From positions 32,001 through 96,000 of the forward strand of contig CAMTVK010000003.1 of assembly GCA_947085185.1 (NCBI GenBank): DNA of 64,000 bases. The letters run 5' to 3'. This stretch comes from Candidatus Fraserbacteria bacterium. Lineage in GTDB: Bacteria > Bipolaricaulota > Bipolaricaulia > RBG-16-55-9 > DRXL01. This document shows positions 56,841-64,000 of the stretch, one piece after another. The translations under genes were made by a program, and so were the position numbers. Positions within the stretch are counted from its first letter, which is position 1. Every line of letters starts with the position of its first letter. Below the pieces are notes generated by a model that saw nothing but the letters and a program-made list of their open reading frames with translations, did not search any database and had not been told where the DNA came from.

Positions 56841-57914
56841 CTAGGGGAATTTGAAGCTATAGCGGGCTTTTAGAGCTCCACCTCGGAAGCCCTCACTGCC
56901 AAAGGCGCTTTCAGCACTGAACGTCCAGCGCCCTAAAGATCGGCTGACACTCAGAGAGAGATTGTCCAGCCCAAAGATACTTATATCGAGACTCGCACTT
57001 ATATTGAAGCCAAGGAGTTCGCCGCTTGTCGACAGAGTAGCAAACTGGACCCCATCCATGCTGCCCATGAGAAACGCATCGATGGCAAAGCTCTCGATGA
57101 AGCCGTTGGCCATGAGCTGAAAGCCGCTCAGCTCCAGCCCGGAGAAATCTAGCGAAGCTTGCACAAATACCCTGTCGAGCGTCAGATCGAGCGAGAGGCC
57201 CTCACTGGTGATCCCCTGGCTCTCGACCGTCATGCTGAGCGAGAGCGACGCTAGCCCGTCCCACATAGTAACGGCAAGTTCAAACGTCTCCGACTCAAAT
57301 CCCTTGGGTGTGAGTCGCGAATTCATCGTGAGCGTCCACGCATCGCTCAGATACCCGATAGCCGACAGAGTCTGCTCTTTAAAGCCGTGCAGGGTGAAAT
57401 TCGTCGTCCCGGAGAGATCTCCGTACTCTTGGGAGAGCGAGAAATTCAAAGCCCCTCTAGGGGCAGCGACGCCCTCAGGGGTGAGCTGGGCGCTCCCGGT
57501 GACGTTCAGGGCGCTGGAGCCGAGCTTCGCCGCGATCTTCCCCGTCTTGAATCCCCGACGTCCAAAGCTGAGCGTGTTTTCAAGAGAGAATATTCCGAAG
57601 AGCTCAGTCTTGAATTGTGTCTCGGCCATCGAGAGCCCTTCGGGGGTGAGCTGGGCGCTCCCGCTTGCTTGAAGGGTCGAGACCTGATAGCTGAGATTGA
57701 CCTTGGCGCTCTCGAAGCCCCGCGCCGTTACGGTCAGATTCGTCCCCGCGGTCCAGGGGGCGCGCTGCCACTGCCAGCTGCCCTCAAGGCTCACAGCCCC
57801 TACACCGTCGAGATCGAACGGCAGCGTGCCCGTCACCGTGAGCGTCGTCTGGGCTAGAGATAAAAAACTCAAGATCTCTACAAGCAAGACCGCGATCAGA
57901 TACGCTCGACGCAT
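56841..57914 (-). CDS. Exported beta-strand-rich protein, putative outer-membrane barrel
   Basis: Signal peptide; repeated (L/F)TPxG(F/L) hairpins; C-terminal ARYSFKFP. Confidence 0.6.
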   Translation of the reverse strand: MRRAYLIAVLLVEILSFLSLAQTTLTVTGTLPFDLDGVGAVSLEGSWQWQRAPWTAGTNLTVTARGFESAKVNLSYQVSTLQASGSAQLTPEGLSMAETQFKTELFGIFSLENTLSFGRRGFKTGKIAAKLGSSALNVTGSAQLTPEGVAAPRGALNFSLSQEYGDLSGTTNFTLHGFKEQTLSAIGYLSDAWTLTMNSRLTPKGFESETFELAVTMWDGLASLSLSMTVESQGITSEGLSLDLTLDRVFVQASLDFSGLELSGFQLMANGFIESFAIDAFLMGSMDGVQFATLSTSGELLGFNISASLDISIFGLDNLSLSVSRSLGRWTFSAESAFGSEGFRGGALKARYSFKFP

Positions 57915-57928
57915 GGCGCTCTATTATA

Positions 57929-58834
57929 TTACGGAGTCGCCGCTGCGACGACCGTCACAGTGCGGGAGAGCGAGTTCTTCGCGCCGCGGTCGTCGGTGAG
58001 GGTGAGTTTTACGGTGAACGTGCCCGCAGTTTTATAGACGTGCGCTATGATCTTGCCCTCGCCGGTCTCGCCATCGCCGAACTCCCACTGATACCGCACG
58101 ATCTTGCCGTCGTCGGTCGAGCCGGAAGCGTCAAACTCTACGGGCTTATTGACTTTGGGCTCCGTCGGGGTGAAGCTAAAAGTCACTAACGGCGGCTGGT
58201 TAGGCGGCAACGCTTGCTCCTTGACAACGAGATTCTGAAACGCCGAAGACGTCGCGCCCTTGTCGTCAGTGACCGTCAGTGTGACTTTATATGTGCCCGC
58301 AGCTTTGTAGGTGTGCTCGACGGTCTTGCCCTGGCCCGTCGTCTGATCGCCAAAATCCCAACTATACGAGACGATCGTGCCGTCGGGATCGGCGGCAGCA
58401 GAAGCGTCGAACGTGATCTCTTGGTTGGCCGTGGGCTCCAAGGGCTCAACGGTGAAGATCGCCACTGGGGGCTGATTGGGCGGGACGACGCGCACGGTCT
58501 TTGCTAACGTCGTGTTGGCCCCACGGTCGTCGGTCACTTGGAGAACGACGTCGTATTCGCCGTCTCTCTTGAAGACGTGCGTGGTCGTTGCCCCCTGAGC
58601 GGTCTCGCCGTCGGCGAAGTCCCAGAAATAACTGATAATCTTTCCGTCGGGATCGGAAGACTGAGAGCCGTCGAACGTGACGGTCTCGCCGACTTTGGGC
58701 TCTTTGGGGCTGAAGGTGAATCGCGCAAATGGGGCTTTGTTGGGGGATTGACAGCTTTGCAGGACGCCGCCAAAGCCGAACACTGCCCCAAGCAGCGCCA
58801 CAAGTCCTAGCGAGAAGAGCCGTCTTTGCACCAT
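57929..58834 (-). CDS. Triple-PKD lipoprotein
   Basis: Lipobox-like LQSC; three PKD repeats (W(D/E)F(A/G)D...VTDD.G). Confidence 0.85.
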   Translation of the reverse strand: MVQRRLFSLGLVALLGAVFGFGGVLQSCQSPNKAPFARFTFSPKEPKVGETVTFDGSQSSDPDGKIISYFWDFADGETAQGATTTHVFKRDGEYDVVLQVTDDRGANTTLAKTVRVVPPNQPPVAIFTVEPLEPTANQEITFDASAAADPDGTIVSYSWDFGDQTTGQGKTVEHTYKAAGTYKVTLTVTDDKGATSSAFQNLVVKEQALPPNQPPLVTFSFTPTEPKVNKPVEFDASGSTDDGKIVRYQWEFGDGETGEGKIIAHVYKTAGTFTVKLTLTDDRGAKNSLSRTVTVVAAATP

Positions 58835-58850
58835 ACGCGCTCACTCCTTC

Positions 58851-59243
58851 TCAGACTAAGTTCTCATACTCTTGGCCGAACGGGCCGAAATAGAAGATCT
58901 TGGGCTTATAGGGCAGATCGCGCAGCTCTTGGGGGAGCTCTTCGCTTTCTGGGAGACTGACGGGCAGATCGAGCTCAGGAAAGCGATTGAGAATCTCTTG
59001 CCCGCTGAGCCCCGTGACGATGCCGACGAAGATCGCTCCTTCGTAGGGGAAGATATTCCACCGATGGGCGAAGCGCTGGGCTTCCGGGAGATTCTGCTCG
59101 ATCTCGAACTGCTCACGCAGCACCAGCCAGCGCAGAAAATCTTTCAAGGTGCTGATCTGCCCAAAGCTCCCTTGGAGGGCGGAGACGAGAGTTGGCGCCC
59201 TCTTCTCTCTCTTTCTCTTCTTGGTCTTGCTTTGCTTGGTCAT
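58851..59243 (-). CDS. Hypothetical protein
   Basis: 130-aa ORF filling the gap, co-oriented with neighbours; basic N-terminus; -10-like TAAGAT 6 nt before ATG. Confidence 0.6.
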   Translation of the reverse strand: MTKQSKTKKRKREKRAPTLVSALQGSFGQISTLKDFLRWLVLREQFEIEQNLPEAQRFAHRWNIFPYEGAIFVGIVTGLSGQEILNRFPELDLPVSLPESEELPQELRDLPYKPKIFYFGPFGQEYENLV

Positions 59244-59409
59244 ATTCTTATCTTAATGTGACTGAGATCACCCTGTCAGCGGCCTGTCACCCATCGTCTT
59301 AGTATAATGGGAACCTGCGCAAGGGACATGGAGGACTATAAGACAAGACGGATGTCAAGATTACTCCGTATGAACCCGCGCACAAAGTTCGCACGCGCTT
59401 GCCCTCAAA

Positions 59410-61131
59410 TCACCGCCGTCCAAATTTTTTCTCAAGCTCTTCGAGCGAGTACGCTAAGACTATCGGCCGTCCGTGAGGACAGCTATAGGGGTTCTGCGTC
59501 TGCTTGAGCTGTCGGATGAGCTCGGTCGCCTCTTCGGGGCGCAGGGGTCTGTTCTTGACGACCGCGGCTTCGCACGCGACGCGCGCCGCGAGCGTCTTCG
59601 CCAGCTCTTCGAGAGTTGGCTCAGCTTCGTGCTCCAGCACACCGAGTATCCGTTCGATCGCTTCTTGGAATTCCGTCTTACCCCAATCGCTCGTCAGCAC
59701 CTGGGGCCAATCGCGCAGAACGAACGTCCCGCCCCCAAAGTGCTCGATCCCGATCCCAAGGCGCTCATCTAACTCTTGAAGATGCGCGGCGAGGAGCTCG
59801 GTTTTGTCCGGGGGCATCTCAATGGTCACGGGGATCAAGAGCCGCTGACGAACGATCTTGCGCTCTCGAAGCTGCGCGAGAAATCTTTCGTACAGAATGC
59901 GCTCATGGGCCACGTGCTGGTCCACGATCTCCAGGCCGGATTCTGTCTGCACCAAGATATACGTTCCATGGAGTTGGCCCAGCACTCGGAAGGCCGGTAC
60001 AGCTTCCGCAGGGGAAGGGGACAGAGCATGCTTCTCGCGCAGCGCTTCGATCTCTTTCTGCAGATCAAGCTGGGGGGCTGTGGGCTTTGGTTGACCGGCT
60101 CTTGCTCTCGAAGAGCTGGGGGGACTTTCAAAGCGCGGCACGGCATGAACTGACGTCAACGCCTTGGTGATCGCCTGCTTGACGAGCGCCTGGACCTTGA
60201 TCGGCTCGGCAAAGCGCACCTCAGTTTTCTGAGGGTGCACGTTCACATCCACAGCGCGTGGGTCAATCTCGAGAAACAGAAATATATACGGATGCTGATC
60301 GCCCTTGAGTAGGCTCCCATACGCCTGGGAGATCGCATAGGCAATCTGAGTATCTTTCACACAGCGTCCATTGACAAAGAGAAACTGTTCAGAACGATCT
60401 GGGCGGGTTAGCTGGGACGGGCTGACCAGCCCGTGCACGCTCAGCCCAGGGATCGTCATGCGAACATCGAGCAAAGCTTGTGCCAAGTCAACCGAGTACA
60501 GCCGAGCGATAGTCTGGCGCAGCTCGGCGCTTGGGGGCAAATCGAGCACGATCTTGCCGTCGTGCTCCAAACGAATGTGCACGTTCGGATACGCGAGCGC
60601 GAAGCGCTTCACCGTGCGCACAATGTGAAAGAACTCGGTCTTTTGGGATTTTAAGAATTTTCTTCGCGCGGGGACGTTGAAGAAGAGCTCGCGGACGTCC
60701 ACGGTCGTCCCGCGTGCGCGCCCGGCGGCTCTCACTGAGAGCACCTGCCCGCCCTCGATCTCCACGCGCACCCCTTCGGGAGCATCGTCACTCTTGCTCG
60801 TGATGATCGTCTGAGAGACTTCGACGATGCTCGCGAGCGCCTCCCCGCGAAAGCCCAGCGTGCGAATCTGAAAGAGATCTTCTTCGCGAGAGATCTTACT
60901 TGTAGTGTGGCGCTGGATCGCTAACACCAGATCTTCTTGGGACATGCCCTCGCCGTCGTCGGCGACACAGAGTCTGCGTTCGCCCCCACCCTCGACGAAA
61001 AGCTCGATCTTGGTCGCTCCAGCGTCAAGGGCGTTCTCGATTAATTCTTTAGCGACTGAGGCCGGGCGCTCGATGACCTCTCCGGCCGCGATCTTGTTCA
61101 CAAGATGAGCATCTAAGATCTTGACTTTCAT
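59410..61131 (-). CDS. mutL: DNA mismatch repair protein MutL
   Basis: IAAGEVIERP, GFRGEAL, VDVNVHP.K, endonuclease DQHVAHERILYE, CPHGRP. Confidence 0.96.
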   Translation of the reverse strand: MKVKILDAHLVNKIAAGEVIERPASVAKELIENALDAGATKIELFVEGGGERRLCVADDGEGMSQEDLVLAIQRHTTSKISREEDLFQIRTLGFRGEALASIVEVSQTIITSKSDDAPEGVRVEIEGGQVLSVRAAGRARGTTVDVRELFFNVPARRKFLKSQKTEFFHIVRTVKRFALAYPNVHIRLEHDGKIVLDLPPSAELRQTIARLYSVDLAQALLDVRMTIPGLSVHGLVSPSQLTRPDRSEQFLFVNGRCVKDTQIAYAISQAYGSLLKGDQHPYIFLFLEIDPRAVDVNVHPQKTEVRFAEPIKVQALVKQAITKALTSVHAVPRFESPPSSSRARAGQPKPTAPQLDLQKEIEALREKHALSPSPAEAVPAFRVLGQLHGTYILVQTESGLEIVDQHVAHERILYERFLAQLRERKIVRQRLLIPVTIEMPPDKTELLAAHLQELDERLGIGIEHFGGGTFVLRDWPQVLTSDWGKTEFQEAIERILGVLEHEAEPTLEELAKTLAARVACEAAVVKNRPLRPEEATELIRQLKQTQNPYSCPHGRPIVLAYSLEELEKKFGRR

Positions 61132-61179
61132 GGGCGTTCTCTGCCACAATAGCACAAGAGCAAGGAGCTGACAAATCGC

Positions 61180-61704
61180 GTGAGAAGATATCTTTGGGTT
61201 CTCGGACTGCTTGTGCTCAATGCTATAGAAGGTTCAGCGCAGGAGCGCGCGCCCAGCCTGGGTGTGGGCGCAAGCTGGATGGAGCTGAAGAATTTTCAGC
61301 CGGCGCTGCCGACGTTTGCGCTCTCCCAGAAAGTTTTGATCTTCTCAGTTCGCGCGGAGACGCTCATCGAGTTTGGCATGGCGTTACGGATGGGGGCGGG
61401 ATGGGGCGTGGCGTTTGAGGGCAGCCCGTTGGGCATAGCCCATTATGAGACGGGGTTGGCGCTCAGTTTTCCGTTTGGGCGGGCGAGCGCGTCGGTGGAG
61501 CTTGGTTCGGGGATCATGCATCTGACGCAGAATACTGAAGAGGCGTGGCGGCTGACGGGCTGGGTGGGTGCAGGAGGGCGCTTCCTGCTCTTCCCCAAGA
61601 TATCCATATTCTTTGACGTTGTGCCCTTGGTGTTGCTCGACTTCAGTCAGCGTGAGCTGCCGTGGGTGTGGAGCTATCGCAGCGGCATGCTGTGGCGCTT
61701 TTAG
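61180..61704 (+). CDS. Small exported protein, putative 8-strand outer-membrane barrel
   Basis: Signal peptide; alternating strands; C-terminal GMLWRF. Confidence 0.55.
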   Translation: MRRYLWVLGLLVLNAIEGSAQERAPSLGVGASWMELKNFQPALPTFALSQKVLIFSVRAETLIEFGMALRMGAGWGVAFEGSPLGIAHYETGLALSFPFGRASASVELGSGIMHLTQNTEEAWRLTGWVGAGGRFLLFPKISIFFDVVPLVLLDFSQRELPWVWSYRSGMLWRF

Positions 61705-61733
61705 TCTCCTTGCATCTGATGATATCTTGAGCT

Positions 61734-61961
61734 ATGATGCCAATCGCTATGAACGTCAAAGAGTTAGCACGCCAAGTCAAGAAATTAAGCCCTGAGGAGA
61801 AGTGCTATCTCGTTCAGCTTGTACCGGAGCTGCTTCGTCTCGATGAAGAATTTCTTCTTCATCGCCGGCAGTTGGCACAGGAGGACCTGGAGTGCGGACG
61901 AGCCATCACAGCAGAGGAAGCTCTCGCGAAAGCCAAGGCGAAACGCCGCGCTATCAAGTAG
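61734..61961 (+). CDS. Putative antitoxin
   Basis: 75-aa ORF overlapping a RelE-like gene; KLSPEEK...EDLECGR.ITAEEAL. Confidence 0.6.
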   Translation: MMPIAMNVKELARQVKKLSPEEKCYLVQLVPELLRLDEEFLLHRRQLAQEDLECGRAITAEEALAKAKAKRRAIK

Positions 61962-62236
61962 TCCTCTCTCGTGCTGCCGCCAAAGATCTGCAACAGCTAC
62001 CTCAGAGGCTCATTGATCATCTGCGAAACCGATGCTTTCCAGCTCTTGCTGTTCTCCCTCGCAAGGTGGGGCACCCTAAGCGTGGGCCGTTGGCAGGGCT
62101 CTATAGCTATGATTTTGGCCCTCGTGGAGGCTACCGCGTCGTATATGAGATCTTGGACAGTGACCGACTTGTTCTTGTGATCGCCATTGGCCCACATGAT
62201 CAAGCATACCGACGAGCTGCCCGGAGACGCTCATAA
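61892..62236 (+). CDS. RelE/ParE family toxin
   Basis: YQVVLSRAAAKDLQQL...GPLAGLYS...YRVVYEI...LVIAIGPH; start uncertain. Confidence 0.8.
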   Translation: MRTSHHSRGSSRESQGETPRYQVVLSRAAAKDLQQLPQRLIDHLRNRCFPALAVLPRKVGHPKRGPLAGLYSYDFGPRGGYRVVYEILDSDRLVLVIAIGPHDQAYRRAARRRS

Positions 62237-62239
62237 TCT

Positions 62240-64000
62240 CTAGCTCGCCCGGCGCACGCGGATCTTCCCGCCCGATCTGTGGGCTTCGTAGATTCTCTCG
62301 GCGGGCTCACTCCCGCGCACTAACTTAATACTGCCCGTGCGCGAGACCGACCCGATAAAGACTGGCTCCCCGTCTACTAAGATCTCAATGTTGCGCCCCC
62401 GCAGACTTGGGTCTAAATCTAAGATCACATGCCGGTCGCTCACTTCGATATCTATGTCTTGGTAGAGTGTCGTCTCCATCTCGTCGTAGGAGCGCACGTC
62501 TAAGCCGATGCCCAGCTCCGCTTCCAGCTCCCGAATGCGACTGCCCCCACGCCCTAAGATCATGGGAATCTGATCTTCGTCAACGTAGAGCGTCGCCTGG
62601 CTGTCTGAGCGAATCTCGACGGTGAACGACCCGCGAATGACATGCCGCAGCTCATGCTCCAACGCTTGCGCCGCCAGCCTCCAGACGGGCTTCTCTGCTA
62701 CAACATCCTTGACCGGCATGACCACAACTTGCTCGCCGAAGCTATAGATCTCGTAGACCAGCTCTTTGCTCTCAAACTCCCGAATCTCGATGACCGGGCG
62801 GGCTAAGTCTGTATCCCCCATCCCGCTGGGGACCTTCACCGTGAACTCGACTTCATAAATCTCTTTGACATCGCCGGCTTCGATGAAGACCACCGTGTCT
62901 ACGACTTGAGGGATCATCCCCAAGTCCACGCGCCCGATCAGTCTCTGTACGGCGTCAATGCCTCGGGTGGCGTGGACTACCCCGATCATCCCGACGCCGG
63001 CCAGGCGCATATCAGCAAAGACTTCAAAATCTTCATCCACGCGCATCTCGTCGAAGATTGTGTAGTCCGGGCGGACCAAGAGCAAGACATCAGCAGTGCG
63101 CTTCATTTCGCCGTTGAGGGCAGTGTACTGCGTGATCTCGTCGGAGAGGTCCAGATCGCGGGGTTTTTCCATGGTCTTCAGGATCCAGCCCGCTTCTTGG
63201 AGATATTCGGCGATCCCCTGGACGAACGTGGACTTGCCCGCCCCAGGCGCCCCTGAGACGAGCACCCCGCGCGACCGCTCGCGCAGTCGCTCTTTTAAAA
63301 GATCCGCGTGACGATACTCGTCGAGCTCCTTGCGCACCACCGGGCGGACGATCGTAATCTCTAAAGCGTCGCTGAAGGGTGGGCGCGCGATCGCGACGCG
63401 CAGGTTTTTGAGCTGTACCACGGTGCTGCCCCCCGCGTCCATCTCGATGAACCCTTCGGGATGGCCTCTGGCCAGCTCCACGATCTCGCGCGCGATGCGC
63501 TCGAGTTCTTTCTCAGTCATGGGCTCATCGCGCAGCGGGACGACCTTCATCCGGCCAGGAGCGCCGCGCTTGGCCTTGGGGCGCGCCTTGGCGCGCAGGT
63601 GCACCGACATCGTCTGGTCGTCGAAGAACTGCATGATCGAGAGCTGCTCCAGGCCGCGGCTCCCAGCAGTAGCCCCGAGAAACTGCATGGGCAGCCCTTG
63701 AGCCTCACTGACGATCGCTTGGCTGCGACTGCTTGTCAACAGAATGGCGTTCTCTTCCTCAGCGACGGCGCGGACCATCGCGTGGAGCTCGCCGGTCTCC
63801 ATCAGGCGCAGCGGGTCAAACCGAGGCCGATCCCCCTTAAAAAGAAGCTCGATCTGCCCCTCCCACGCCAGCTGCTGCAGGCGCTTGAGTTCATCCAGCC
63901 CGGCATAGCCTGTCTCTTGGCCCCGCACGGCTTGGGCCTCCAAGAGCGCCAGGACCGCGTTGGGCACTATAAACACAGCATTGGGGAACTTCTTGTTGCG
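62240..64000 (-). CDS. PIN-domain + PilT-like ATPase + KH protein (COG1855/PINA-like), N-terminus outside window
   Basis: PIN-like LEAQA..GQETG..GLDEL; Walker A GAPGAGKST; LLLVRPDYTIFDEMR; DMRLAGVGMIGVVHA; KH ILGRGGSRI. Confidence 0.85.
   Translation of the reverse strand, partial: RNKKFPNAVFIVPNAVLALLEAQAVRGQETGYAGLDELKRLQQLAWEGQIELLFKGDRPRFDPLRLMETGELHAMVRAVAEEENAILLTSSRSQAIVSEAQGLPMQFLGATAGSRGLEQLSIMQFFDDQTMSVHLRAKARPKAKRGAPGRMKVVPLRDEPMTEKELERIAREIVELARGHPEGFIEMDAGGSTVVQLKNLRVAIARPPFSDALEITIVRPVVRKELDEYRHADLLKERLRERSRGVLVSGAPGAGKSTFVQGIAEYLQEAGWILKTMEKPRDLDLSDEITQYTALNGEMKRTADVLLLVRPDYTIFDEMRVDEDFEVFADMRLAGVGMIGVVHATRGIDAVQRLIGRVDLGMIPQVVDTVVFIEAGDVKEIYEVEFTVKVPSGMGDTDLARPVIEIREFESKELVYEIYSFGEQVVVMPVKDVVAEKPVWRLAAQALEHELRHVIRGSFTVEIRSDSQATLYVDEDQIPMILGRGGSRIRELEAELGIGLDVRSYDEMETTLYQDIDIEVSDRHVILDLDPSLRGRNIEILVDGEPVFIGSVSRTGSIKLVRGSEPAERIYEAHRSGGKIRVRRAS

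Overview
GC-rich bacterial chromosomal window, gene-dense, with no rRNA, canonical tRNA, CRISPR array or transposase recognised. Its protein content suggests Bipolaricaulota (Acetothermia/OP1); this is inference only. Housekeeping genes include gdhA, a Lon-like protease, purC-S-Q-L-F-M, guaB, clpB/C with a CIRCE-like operator, clpP-tig, panB-panE, tsaE, a transketolase N-subunit and mutL. They are interspersed with many exported proteins (PKD, vWA, FG-GAP, RTX, S8), toxin-antitoxin genes and SARP/BTAD regulators. Most notable observations: (1) a ~100-nt structured RNA motif present twice (25668-25767 minus, in the leader of an nfeD-flotillin operon; 45649-45746 plus, intergenic), with the same predicted fold and different but pairing stem sequences; (2) an SLH/coiled-coil/C-terminal-anchor gene followed by three paralogous Cys-motif beta-barrel-like genes, resembling the Thermotoga toga Omp-alpha/Omp-beta arrangement; (3) a repeated Ig-like module plus a dockerin-like helical module across several secreted proteins; (4) a GTAG-type REP palindrome amplified in frame inside purL; (5) a DUF5678-like/aspartyl-protease cassette flanked by a duplicated 46-bp promoter; (6) an archaeal-type PIN-ATPase-KH (PINA-like) gene. 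All calls come from reading motifs by eye; no database searches or folding programs were run.
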